From assembly GCA_963803975.1 (NCBI GenBank), contig CAWDOY010000001.1, positions 32,001 through 96,000 on the forward strand: DNA of 64,000 nucleotides, given 5' to 3'. Positions 47,509-58,559 of this stretch are shown piece after piece. Both the position numbers and the translations under genes were made by a program. Under the pieces are notes generated by a model. That model had not been told where the DNA came from. It did no database searches and was given only the letters and a program-made list of their open reading frames with translations. Positions within the stretch are counted from its first letter, which is position 1, and each line of letters starts with the position of its first letter. Source of the stretch: an uncultured delta proteobacterium (GTDB lineage Bacteria > Desulfobacterota > WTBG01 > CAIYCZ01).

Positions 47509-50500
47509 TTACTGTTTATCTCTCAGGGAAGACGCGTCGCTGGCACTGTCGCGTATAATTTTCCCGTCTTGCTGCGCTGCTGTATATTCCCTGCCCTTAT
47601 AAACCAGGCGCTTCACCGTGAGCGTTCCCTTTCGGCAGAAAAAGCGTATCCGGGATGACAAGGCTGCCGTTTTGCATGGTAAGACCAAGGATTTTGTATG
47701 CGGTAAAAAGCATGCGGGCTGCCGCACCGGTGTACCAGCTCCATCCCCCGCGGCCGGCGTAGCCGTAGCCATAGTAAACATCCGCCGGCTGCTGATGCGG
47801 CGGCAGGCCATAGCGGTCAATCCTCTCAGGAGTGATATCATCAAGCGGCGAAATCTTTATCCACACCTTCAATGCCCTTGCCAGATACTGCCCGGCGCGA
47901 TTTTCGTCGCCCGCAGAACGGGAAAGCTCTGAAAGTTTCACCAGGGCGTCCACAAGCCATGATGCCCCGTGTGAATACTGGCCGCCGTTTTCCCGGACCC
48001 CCGGCGGATAGTCGGAAAGCTTACCGGGATTCGGGCGAGAGCTCTCAGTGAAAGCAGGGGAGAGCAGCAGCACCAGGTTTTCCTGCTCAAGGTCCTTCAG
48101 CCCCTGCTCCACGGCGCAGGCTCCCCGGTCAAAATCAGCGGCACCCGAAATCACGGGCCAGGATGCGTTCAGGGCATCGTTTAAAACCATTTCCTCGCCG
48201 CTGTCGGTGATTGCGCGCACGTAACGCTGCTCATCACGCCACATGGCAGCGAGTGCTTTGCGCAGCTCTGCCGCCCGGTCAAGGTAGAATGTTTTCTTTT
48301 CATCGCCTTCCTTGAGCCCTGCGATGTTTGCAAAATGCGTGAGAATATCGTAGAGAAAAAACCCCAGCCAGGTGCTCTCGCCGCGGCCCCGGAAGCCCAC
48401 CAGGCTCAGGCCGTCATTCCAGTCCCCGGTGCCGATGAGCGGCAGGCCGTGTTCTCCAAGCCGCTGCAGTGTTAAATCCAGGGCTCTGACGCAGTGCCAA
48501 TAGAGCGGTTCGCGGTCACGTGACAGCCGGGGGGCAAACATCACGCCTTCCCGGTCGCGCGGAATGCGCCTTCCTTCCAGATAGGTAAGCTCTTCATCAA
48601 GTATGGTCAGATCTCCGGTTGCCTCCACGTACTGGTACACCAGATAGGCCAGCCACAGATGAGGGTCAGACGCGCGGTTGCGCGCGCCCAGACCGGTCCG
48701 GTCTTCCCAGCTCTGGTGCCACCACTGCATGACATCGCCGGCAAAGAACTGCTGCCCGGCATGAAGAAGTATCTGACTGCGCGCCATCTCAGGGTGCAGG
48801 TAGAGAAACGGCAGCAGGTCCTGCAGCTGGTCGCGATACCCATACCCTCCGCTTCTCTGGTTGGGGCCGGTTCTGCCCCACAAATGGGCGGCAAGCACCT
48901 GGTAGGGAAGCCAGTCATTCACCATGCGGTCAAAGCCCGGATCGCTGGTTTCAATTCTCATCACGGACAGGGTTTCCGCCCACCAGCGCTCTGTTTTTTT
49001 CAGAGCCGCATTGGCCGCTGATTTGTCCAGAAGACCACGGATAATTGTGCGTGCCTGATCCGCATCCCCGGCCTGACCCACAACCATGACCATGTTCTCC
49101 TCAGCCCCCGCGGGAATAGTAAGGGTTCCGCAGAAGCCAGCTATTCGATAGCCGTCATCCAACACATCCGCGCATGGTATGCCGTGCTCGACCATAAAAG
49201 GATTGGTAAGATCTCGCCCATTGCCGCCCACAAATCGGGAGCGTACTGTTTCATAGGCCAAAACCTTCAGGCTTGTTGCCACAAACGCCGTGCCCCGGTA
49301 AAAATCGTTTTGGGGGTTTGAGAAGAACAAAGCCCGGGTGCTCTCATCATATTCGGCGCTGATTTTCCCGCGCGTGTCAGATGGAATTTCCCCGAGCATA
49401 ATCTGCAGGTAGGGCACCACCCGGTACGTCATGGTCCGGGAAGATTTATTTTTTATTTTCAGCCGCCGTACTTCCGCCGGTTCGTGCGGCGGCACAAAGA
49501 GCGTGTATTCCAGGTCAACGTCAGGGGTCTCTTTCCGGTAAACAGCATACCCGCGGCCGAAGGTGATGTCGCAGGGTTCATCGGTTCTGCGAAACGGCAA
49601 AAAGGTCGGACTGTCAAGAGCGCCTGTTTCCATGTTGTAAAGATAGAGCGCCTGACCGGGGACCTGCACCGGGGCATTGTTCAGCGAAAACGGCGTAACG
49701 CCGTTCTGCTGAGAGTTGCCCATGAAGGAATAGATCTCACCCTCATTGTTGAGCACCACGCCATACTCACGCTCATTGGCAATAACATGGGTCCATGGCC
49801 GGGGCGTGTCCCAGTCCATGGAAAGCTCGGTGCCGTCAGGAGAAAAAGAGAAAAGCGTTTTTTTGCTGCCGGGTTTTGTCCCGGCCTCTTCTGCTTCATC
49901 TGTCGGAGCGCCGAAGCCGTGCAGTATCCGGCGCTTGTCAAAGGAGGCCTGCAGCGCCTTCTGCGAGCTGACCGGGAGCTTCAGATATTTTTTAATCAGC
50001 TGCTGTGCCTGCTCCATGCTGGCTGCATAGCCGTCGGCAAACACAACCTCCGTGGAGCCGTGCGGGGCAAGTCCACAGTGCAGCCGCAGGCTGGCTGCAG
50101 GGTCAAAGGTGTACAGGAGCCCCTCATCAGAGAGTCTCCGCGGTCTTTCCTGCAGGCCCGCAGGCATGCGCAGGCTGCCGTGGCCGATGAAGAACAGCCG
50201 CGAATCTTCATAGCCGGCGAGCAGAATATTGCCGCCCGGGTTCTCCCCCACCGCGTGAAAAGCGACCTCGGGTGATACTTTTCTTTGTATTGGATCAAAA
50301 TTTGAATCTTTCAGGAGACGGTTTCGGGCTATGATGGCATTAAGGCCCGGAATAAACCATGTGCCGATATGGATATTATTGAAGTCAGGATGCCGCAGAT
50401 ACGCGTCTGAGACATTCAGCGCAAACTCCCGGTAGCTGGTCAGCTCTATGGTGCGGGCCCGGCTTTCAAGGTTGGTGAGCTTCAGGGTCCACAGCTCAAC

Positions 50501-53137
50501 CGTGTCCTGGCAGTCAATGCGCACAATTGCTTCCGCCCTGATTCCGTTCCAGGTATTCACCATGCGCAGCGAAGACCGGTCAAGCTGGGTAACGCAGTAG
50601 TCCTCTCCCACCCGGCGCATGGGCTGGCAGGTAAGAGACCATAGCCGTGCAGGCGCATCAGGAGGCATATCCAGGTCTTTAAGATAGAAAAATTTGCCGC
50701 GCAGCTGCAACGGGTCATGGAGCCTGCGGGTAAGATCAATTTCATTGCCCGGGCGCACTGAGCTGAACACCCTGCTCCAGCCCCGCCCGTCAGCTGCAAG
50801 CGTCAGGGTATAGAAGCCGTTGTGTATGACAAAGGTTGTGCCGTCAAGACCCGGATTGGCTGTTTCCTGTCTCCGTGAGGCTGCCTGCTGCGGATGCGCA
50901 CCGCGCGAAGGCCGGTCTTTATTCAGCTGCCGCGCAAGCAACACAACCCCGACGAATAATGAAATTGTCAAGAATACTCCCGGGAGGAGTGCCTGCGGGA
51001 ATAGTGCCAGCGGATGAGCTTTGGCTATGGCCTCAGCACCATCCCAGGCAACATTCCAGTCACTGCCGCGGGGAATGTAAAACGGGATTAACAGCGGCGC
51101 CCACGTGGCAAACCGCCGCAGGCCCGATGGTATCACGCGCGTCCTCATTGCATGGCCGAGAAAACGCGCCGTCTTTTCATCGACCACATCCATGCCGACA
51201 AACGACAAATTCACCAGCGTTGCCACGCGCAGGCCCATGTGATCTATAAAGATGGCAATGCGCACCCAGTCGTAGGCCAGAAGATTGGTGAAGGTCTGCA
51301 GGCTCCAGGCACGGAACGCCGCGGGCGAGGAGGTGAGGCTTTTCATTGTCGCGACAGCAGTGCGCAGCGCGCCGTCCTGATTGTACCATGACGGATCAGG
51401 CGACATGCGCAGGAAGGAATAGATGATCGGCGCCATCCACAGGCCCCAGCGCTGCACGCGGAAAGCCTGCTCGACCATTGCCACGATACCCTGCCGGGTA
51501 AAAAGGTTTTTCAGCGGCGCCGTGCTTCTCTGGACCAGCGCGGTCAGCGCCACCAGGTTGATGCTGAACAGGGGCGCCGCGATCGACCAGTTGATGACGC
51601 CGGAGAGCGATTCGTTGAAGAAAAGGCGCACGCCGCCGGTCACCGCGCCGAGGTTCATCGCGCCCCACTTGCTGAACAGCGGGTAGATCACATAGTCCTC
51701 GACTTTAATCCCTGCGGAAGCATAAAAGAGGGTTGCGTAGTTTTTAAATTTTGCCGCCACCACCGCCGCCTGCATGGTGTCAAAGTACCAGCAGAGCGCC
51801 CCGCCCGCAAGGCCGCCCATAATCGCCTCGGTGATGTAGATTCTCGGGGCCTGCACGCGCAGCCGATTCCCAAGGAGCGTGACGTTCAGCACATCACGCA
51901 GCAGGTTGACGGCAGCGTAGGCCGCGGCACCAGCCGCGATTCCATAGAGGAAGCGGGCTGCAGGGGCTGCGGCGGGCAGACCCTCGCGCACGGCAAAGGC
52001 AACTACCGCACCGACAACACCGCCGCGCAGGCAGTGATCCCAGCGGGAATAGTTGCTTCTGAGGCGCATGACAAACGGCAGGCTGCCTTCAAAGCTTTCA
52101 ATAATATTTTTAATGAACGGGAAGATGATGACGCCGGCTATGCCGGCACAGCTAACAGGATAAGCTGTGAGCAGGGTCCGGACGCCCGGAACTGAGAGCG
52201 CTCCGGCAGCCGCGTGGATCAAGCCCATAAACACCGCGCTGTACACAGCGCCCTGGGTGAAGCCGCTTTTATAATGTCCCGGCCCCCAGTACCAGGCGGG
52301 GTGCTTAGAGTGCAGGGAATCCATAATAAGCCCGGTGAGCAGAAACGTCTGCCCCCACAGGCCTGCCTGCGAAACAGTCGCCGCGGCAATGGCTGCAAGC
52401 GCGCCGACGACAGGCGGAAGAGCTGCTACCCCGGCCCCTGAGCCGAGGCCCGCGATCGCGGGAGTGGCGGATGAGAACAGGGCACTCGCGAGAAGAAGCG
52501 CGTGCATCCGCGCATCCGTAAGGAGCCTTCCCGCGAGCAGCAGGGTCAGGCCGTTAGCGACCGCTTCATTGATAACGATAAGAACAGCCGCTTTCCCCAT
52601 CCACTGCAGCACATCAGGGGTAAGCTTTGCGTTGAAGGCAAAAAACCGCCCGATGCTTTCAAGCATTATTGGTGACTGCAGCACGAGCAGGCAGTTGAAA
52701 AGCAACGGCACTGCCAGGGTAAAGCTGCCGGCAACAGGAGAAACATGGCGGCCTTTGGAGGAAGCACAGTAGGCAATGATTAAAAGATAGCTGATACATG
52801 CTGCTGCCGCGGCTGGGCTGGTTATGGAAAACAGCTCATGCCAGGCAACAGGCGCCTGCCATATCTTCAAATCTGGGGCGGCAGCGGCTGCCAGCGCGCC
52901 GGCTATAAGAGCATCCTGCAGGGCTTCAGGCATGGTAAGGTGGCAGCGCGTAAAGCCGTATGTTATTATCTCGGCAGCAAGCATGCCCAGCAGGGCAGCA
53001 ACAATAATAGTCGGCGCAGTTCCCCCCTGCTGCACAGCAATGGCAGCGGCAGCAATCGCGCAAGCGCCTGCCACATATAATAATGTCTGAGCCAGTAATC
53101 CTTTATTGTTTTCCAGTATACTGTCTGCCTGCTGCAT
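47509..53137 (-). CDS. Large GH94 glycoside phosphorylase-like protein with ~740-aa polytopic membrane N-terminus; probable frameshift near 47630
   Basis: Two Glyco_transf_36-like modules; TPRPW, GYRDQLQD, GDWNDG, PPGVRENGGQYSH, GRGGWSWYTG as in the C-terminal half of cyclic beta-1,2-glucan synthases. Confidence 0.88.
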
Positions 53138-53200
53138 ATTGGTCCACGTCCTGGCTGAATACCTTGTTTGAATAACCCCTGTCTTACTGCATTATAGTTA

Positions 53201-53230
53201 TAGTATTGTTATCGGTAGTATTGTTATCGG
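53201..53230. repeat. Perfect 15-bp tandem duplication in the GH94 promoter region
   Basis: TAGTATTGTTATCGG x2; minus-strand TTGACA at 53245-53250. Confidence 0.8.
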
Positions 53231-53411
53231 CGAATGCGGCCAAGTGTCAAGTTAAAAAAGATATAACGGCATGTTAGTCTGTTGAAACGCATAAATACCA
53301 TTAAGCAAGCATCAATGCAGCATGTTGCATGAGATGGCTTTTTTTGTTTGGGAGGAAAATTGTATGGAAACCGTCAGAGATTTTAAACAGTTTAAAAAAG
53401 ACAGCAATAAT

Positions 53412-53446
53412 AAAAAAGGGCAGGGCCATTACCTGACCCTGCCCTT
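53412..53446 (-). terminator. Rho-independent terminator
   Basis: AAGGGCAGGG...CCCTGCCCTT followed by TTTT on the minus strand. Confidence 0.7.
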
Positions 53447-53498
53447 AAAAAAACCTGCTGGATATTATGCGCAATTTTTTATTTTTGTAACGCTTCGT

Positions 53499-53961
53499 TT
53501 ACTGGCCGGCCGTTGTATTCTCCTCGCCAAAACAATTTGACAGATTGAGTATCACCGGGATAAACTTTGGCAGAGAACACGCCCGGTCCTCGCCGCAGGT
53601 CGCCCTTATTTCCGCTACAGCCACTATGGTATTAGATATACAGGCAATATAAGGCAAGATTCGGGTCATCCGGATTGGTGCATACCACAGTATCCAGCAG
53701 CGCATCCAGAAGTATTGCTGATCTGCATACTATATCTTCACCACATGCATCGAGTTTACCGAGATTCTGATTAGCCGCACTGAGAATGCAGAGGCCCACG
53801 GCTAACCCATCTCCTGATGCCTGGGGTGAGATTTTTGTGTTGAGCGCTGCCAGCTGTTTAAGGTTAACAGAAGCTGACTGTGCCTGGGGCAGTCCGGCTA
53901 TTGCTAAAACTGCCAGTAAAACTGCCAACATAACGATCGATTTAGTTTTTCTGCTTTTCAT
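53499..53961 (-). CDS. Secreted Cys-rich hypothetical protein, frameshifted near 53655
   Basis: Signal peptide; two similar halves (CI..ACGEDIVC / CI..TCGEDRAC) in adjacent frames. Confidence 0.6.
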
Positions 53962-54026
53962 AATTACTCTTCTCCTTTTACGTCTGTGTTTGTTGTTATT
54001 ACCTACTGTGCCTCATGAAAAAAGTT

Positions 54027-54296
54027 TCAGAAAGGCGCTGCTGGTTGGTGTCCAATGCTGGTCTTGTGCCGACGCCCGGTTTTAGAACTTTTAATAACAG
54101 TGTCAGCGCAGGAGCGGCACAGGCCGCGGGTTGAATCTTCCGGTGGCGGTGCAATCATTCGTACCGAGCAGTGCTTGTAAATACCCGGCATTGTATCTTT
54201 GCAGTCATCACAGGTAAGGGCTTTGCCTGTGTAGAATACACAGCCAAATACATGGTGGGGTCGGTTACATTTTTTATTAGCGCAAACTTTTACCAT
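54027..54296 (-). CDS. Small Cys-rich (putative metal-binding) protein
   Basis: GGAGG RBS; CANKKC, C, CDDC, C, CRSC. Confidence 0.55.
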   Translation of the reverse strand: MVKVCANKKCNRPHHVFGCVFYTGKALTCDDCKDTMPGIYKHCSVRMIAPPPEDSTRGLCRSCADTVIKSSKTGRRHKTSIGHQPAAPF

Positions 54297-54387
54297 GACT
54301 CTCCTCCCGTAGAAGTCATAAAACATGAACCTGTTTCAGTTGGTTGCTTCTCTTTAGCGCGCGCTCTTTTTTTCTAACATTCAGTTG

Positions 54388-54403
54388 AGCAACGACTGTG
54401 CCA
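54388..54403 (-). promoter_or_regulatory. Sigma54 (-24/-12) promoter
   Basis: TGGCACAGTCGTTGCT, an exact match to TGGCAC-N5-TTGCW, ~90 nt upstream of ATG 54296. Confidence 0.75.
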
Positions 54404-54928
54404 TTTGCAGAGATACTGCCCATTTTACCGGCAAGAATAAAAAGATGTATCTAATTTCAATGTGTTATTAAATTATTTTTGAGAAAATTCCAACAGGCAC
54501 CCTCGGGGATACACTCAAGGTTAAGGCTGTTTTCAACCAATTGCTTTGCGTGGACGATCACTAACTGGTTATATTGGAACGAGGCATTTGTGAAATTAAA
54601 ACTGTTTGTTTGCTCTGTACCTTCCGTGTTCAGGAAGGTGAATTGTGCCCTCACGAACCCCCAATTTATTAATCATTACCTGATAGAGAAGGAAACTTTA
54701 TATAAATTTTATATAGTTTTTTATTGACTATCCTTTTTTATTAGGTTAGGCTTTTCTGGGTTTTTAACAGCTTCCTTTCTCTGGGCAGCTATGTCTGAGC
54801 CGCTATTTTATTATAATTGGAAGCATTCGCATTTAATTTATTCTGCACCATATAGAGTATCACTTATTCCGGCTTTTTCCATGGCAGGGTAATCAGCCGG
54901 AGTAGATACCAATAATAACGGGAGGAGT

Positions 54929-56146
54929 TTGATGCAGAGAGTCATAGCAGCAGGGAAGACTTTTTTACTGATACTCTCTCTTGTCCTTATCTCTCCGCTG
55001 GCGAGCGAGGGGGCCAAGCCCCAGGAAGTGGCCGCTCCCCCGTCCCCTGAAAAGATTCAGACCGCCGCATCTGCAGCAAACAGCCAGAATAAAAAAGCCG
55101 CGATAAAAAAAACAGCGTATCGGAAACACCGCGCTAAATCTGCGTACCACAGGCAGGCAGCTGCCCCGCAGCGTGCTTCGAAGATTTCCAGAAAAATATG
55201 CCGGCCTATTTATGCACGCAGTCTTGAAGAGCTTCAGGGCCCGCTCCCGGAGATTGTTGCTGCGGAAATCAGTAAATTGCGGAATAACCGCCACCTGCTC
55301 AATAGCGACGACATATCAATACATATTCACGACTTGAAAAAGGATGAGACGGTGGTCAACATAAAGGCTGACCGGATACGCAATGCCGCAAGCCTTATCA
55401 AACCGCTTGTCATGCTTACCGTGTATGATCTTGCCTTTCAGAACAAACTCTGCCTCACGGATTCAATAGAAACGCATATATATAAAATGATCACCGTAAG
55501 CAACAACGAATCCACCAACAGCCTGATTCGCCTGGTCGGGGACGGCAGTACGGTGCGGGGGCTGGAGAAGATTAATGCTACTGTCAGGAAATACGGTTTC
55601 CGGGACACCTATCTTGTGGAAGCTATTCCTGAAGGCGGCAGGACCTACCGCAACCGGACATCTGCCTATGACCTGAGCGAATATTTCCGGAAGATTTACA
55701 AGCGCAGCATTATCTCGCCCCATTATTCCCAGAAGATGATCGATGTTCTGCTTGATAACCATGTGCGCCGCATCAAAACAGCGGTGCTGGTTCAGGACGG
55801 CGTGCCGGTTGCGGACAAGACCGGGTATGTGTGCGGGACGAACGGTGACAGCGGCATTGTTTTCCTGCGCAATATCAACCGGAATGCCTCTGACTATGTC
55901 ATTTCCATCATTATTGAAAATCCATACCGGCCGACCAATGGATGGGGAAGGCGCAAGACCGAGGTAATCCGCCATCTGTCAAACGTCATCTATTCTTATT
56001 TCAGACAGCAGCAGGCAGCCCAAACCGCCCGTAGCCGCGACCAGCAAGGGATAGCGCTTTCCTGTGCACCATCACCCCGCCTGATACGCTGCGATCAATG
56101 CGTTAATCTTTTCTTCTATTATCAATTCAGCCGCAATAACATCTGA
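54929..56146 (+). CDS. Class A beta-lactamase-like serine hydrolase; true stop probably ~56054
   Basis: ASLIK (SxxK), SNN, NRTSA.D, DKTG; signal peptide and basic linker. Confidence 0.85.
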   Translation: MMQRVIAAGKTFLLILSLVLISPLASEGAKPQEVAAPPSPEKIQTAASAANSQNKKAAIKKTAYRKHRAKSAYHRQAAAPQRASKISRKICRPIYARSLEELQGPLPEIVAAEISKLRNNRHLLNSDDISIHIHDLKKDETVVNIKADRIRNAASLIKPLVMLTVYDLAFQNKLCLTDSIETHIYKMITVSNNESTNSLIRLVGDGSTVRGLEKINATVRKYGFRDTYLVEAIPEGGRTYRNRTSAYDLSEYFRKIYKRSIISPHYSQKMIDVLLDNHVRRIKTAVLVQDGVPVADKTGYVCGTNGDSGIVFLRNINRNASDYVISIIIENPYRPTNGWGRRKTEVIRHLSNVIYSYFRQQQAAQTARSRDQQGIALSCAPSPRLIRCDQCVNLFFYYQFSRNNI

Positions 56147-56887
56147 CGCAGTTTTAAACTCAGAGGCAAGGCTTACGAGGATTTTGTCAAACCGGGAGGG
56201 CTTTATCGCCCAGCTCTTCTCATATTCAATGCGCGCGATATGATATTCTGCCCGTGAAAAATAGTACTTGCCGAGCCGGCTCCCGCGGGAAGCAAATTTC
56301 CAGCACGCTTTCAACTGAAAATAGTCCTGCAGGGCCTTCTTTATTGCCGGCTTTGTGAACAGCTCGCGCTTGAGACTCTCACCGAGCCGGTTCTGGACAA
56401 TGCTGAAAAATTCCTTGATAAAATCAATATCCGTAATAACCAGCCCGTACAGGTACCAGTCATCAAGTGCTGCAGCCGCGGCAGCCTGTTCCGCCACCGT
56501 TAAATAGCTGTAGCTGGGACAGAAGTGTCCGTCACACATCTCAACTCCGTAGAATGAGCAGCCTCTCAGGTCAACGCCGTGATGAAGGGCAGGGTGCAGC
56601 AGGCAGCCGATATTTTTTCTGCTTTTGTCCAGAAAGCCGATGAACTCGCAGTTATAGATTGTGTCGCAGAGTTTATGCTGAGGCGAAAACTCGCTGCGCA
56701 AATCAAGGTACACATCAGGGTCGGGGGTTTCGCCGAGAGAAAAGAACAAGCTGGTATTGCTCTCAAGAAGTAAGGTGAGCGTTTCTTTTGAGTGGTCTAA
56801 CCAGTTATAGAGGCCGCAGCAGGCGCCGCAGGATTTTGTATCATCAGGCTGGCAGAGATGGATGGGATATCTGGCGGGCTGCTCCAT
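56072..56887 (-). CDS. Cys-rich hypothetical protein (possible Fe-S/Zn)
   Basis: C..SCGACCGLYN, CEFIGFL..IGCLLHP, C..HFCPS. Confidence 0.65.
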   Translation of the reverse strand: MEQPARYPIHLCQPDDTKSCGACCGLYNWLDHSKETLTLLLESNTSLFFSLGETPDPDVYLDLRSEFSPQHKLCDTIYNCEFIGFLDKSRKNIGCLLHPALHHGVDLRGCSFYGVEMCDGHFCPSYSYLTVAEQAAAAAALDDWYLYGLVITDIDFIKEFFSIVQNRLGESLKRELFTKPAIKKALQDYFQLKACWKFASRGSRLGKYYFSRAEYHIARIEYEKSWAIKPSRFDKILVSLASEFKTASDVIAAELIIEEKINALIAAYQAG

Positions 56888-56894
56888 ACGACTT

Positions 56895-57182
56895 TCATTT
56901 TTTAAAGATGGTATCCAGCGGGTTCTGCTTTTTCTGCTTGAGGCTATCCGATGCCGCGGTGTCTGAAGAATCCTTAAAGGAGAAATACTCGCAGAAATTT
57001 CCCCGGTCCTTGTCGAGCACCCTCTCAGCCTGCGTTTCCCGGCACTGGTTAGAAGATTTTGGATCGTAGAAACGGCAGTTGAGGCAGCAGCGCACATCCG
57101 CTTCACAGTGCGGGCAGGTCTCGCTTCTGCCCGGCTTTTCTACGACCGGGATCTGCTTTTTGCAGGAGTAACATACCTTCAT
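56895..57182 (-). CDS. Small Cys-rich zinc-ribbon-like protein
   Basis: CYSC, CPHC, CCLNCRFY, C, NFCEYF. Confidence 0.7.
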   Translation of the reverse strand: MKVCYSCKKQIPVVEKPGRSETCPHCEADVRCCLNCRFYDPKSSNQCRETQAERVLDKDRGNFCEYFSFKDSSDTAASDSLKQKKQNPLDTIFKK

Positions 57183-57213
57183 GAAGCTACTATACACTAT
57201 CAGGGCATGCAGT

Positions 57214-57840
57214 TCAATGGGTGCCGGGCCGCCTGGTTGTCTGCAGCTCCCGTATTGCCGCAATGACGATCTGCCAGTTATCTCCCGGTTTTAAAATAAT
57301 ATCCGCTTTCTCTTTTGATGGCTCTATATACTTCAGGTGCATGGGCCGGACTGTTTCAAGGTACTGCTGTGCGACGGATGCAACCGTTCTTCCCCGTTCC
57401 TGCACATCACGTGCTATTCTTCGCAGCAGGCGGATATCTGTTGCTTCATCAATAAATATTCGTAAATCAAAAAGCCGGCATAGTTCTTCAATGGCAAAAA
57501 TAAGGATACCGTCGACCACTACTATTTCTCCGGGCTCAATCCTGACGGTTTCCCGTTTCCTGGTGTGGGCAGTAAAATCATAGACCTGCTTTTCAATGGA
57601 CTGCCCCTTCCGTAGAAGCTGTAGGTGTTTTATGAGCAAAGGTATATCAAGCGCATCAGGATGATCAAAATTGAAATGGTGCCGCTCATGCAGCGGTATA
57701 TGGGACCGGTCACGATAATATGAGTCGGTGTCAATCAGCTTCGCGCGCGTTTCACCAAAATCGGCAATAATCTTTTGTGCCAGGGTTGTCTTTCCTGAGC
57801 CGGTACCGCCGCAGATGCCGATAAGGAGGGGAGAGAGCAT
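57214..57840 (-). CDS. udk: Uridine kinase
   Basis: IGICGGTGSGKTT, DSYY, NFDHPDA, RRIARDVQERGR, IEPSK. Confidence 0.95.
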   Translation of the reverse strand: MLSPLLIGICGGTGSGKTTLAQKIIADFGETRAKLIDTDSYYRDRSHIPLHERHHFNFDHPDALDIPLLIKHLQLLRKGQSIEKQVYDFTAHTRKRETVRIEPGEIVVVDGILIFAIEELCRLFDLRIFIDEATDIRLLRRIARDVQERGRTVASVAQQYLETVRPMHLKYIEPSKEKADIILKPGDNWQIVIAAIRELQTTRRPGTH

Positions 57841-57952
57841 AATTTACCCTTAAGAAAAGATGACAGATAGACAGGCAACAGGCAATAGACTAAAAACTTT
57901 GAACCTTAAACGTTAAACTTTAAACTCGAAACTTTAAACGCCCCCGGTTTTT

Positions 57953-58453
57953 TTATTTATCAGAGACGGCTGCAAAAAAGATAAACGGAATTTGTTGTGT
58001 CAAACGGCCTTCTTCAATGTATTCCCTTAAGGTAAAGAGCCCTATGATATAGGTATCGAAAAGATACAACCCTTTGAAATGAGAGCTATAACGGTACGTC
58101 CCGGCTTTTTGCATGGTGAATTCCCAGTCAGCTTCAAATAGATAGTCAGTAATGGTGTATTTGCCGTGCGGGGTGATAGGCGTCTCACGTTCCATTTTGA
58201 TTTCCAGGGTTCCCCGGTCGTATAAAAATATGGTTGCGGGGCCCACAGAATGCTCTTTTTTCAGGCTGAAAAACTGCACGCGGAATGCTTTCCCGGAGCT
58301 TTCCTTTTTATTCTGTTCCTGCTTCGGCTTTTCATGTGATCTGGTGGTGCTCACGTTTGAAAAAGCGGGCGTAACAGCACACAAAAAAAACGTGTACAAA
58401 GCACAAAATAATGTGTAGTGAAATGACTTATAATAATATTTATTTTTCAACAT
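57953..58453 (-). CDS. Hypothetical exported protein
   Basis: ORF with hydrophobic N-terminal segment. Confidence 0.55.
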   Translation of the reverse strand: MLKNKYYYKSFHYTLFCALYTFFLCAVTPAFSNVSTTRSHEKPKQEQNKKESSGKAFRVQFFSLKKEHSVGPATIFLYDRGTLEIKMERETPITPHGKYTITDYLFEADWEFTMQKAGTYRYSSHFKGLYLFDTYIIGLFTLREYIEEGRLTQQIPFIFFAAVSDK

Positions 58454-58559
58454 ACTTAAAAGCCATTGCCATGGATCCCGGCTGGCGGGAGGGCGAAGCA
58501 ATCGTTCTTTATGGGCAGATTAATTATATATCCCTAACGAATCTTAAACAAGGAGATTT

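Noticed and set aside
54929..56146. Bona fide antibiotic-resistance beta-lactamase
   Set aside because: Only the generic SxxK/SxN/KTG motifs are evident; long basic N-terminal linker and no mobile context; more likely a cell-wall serine hydrolase
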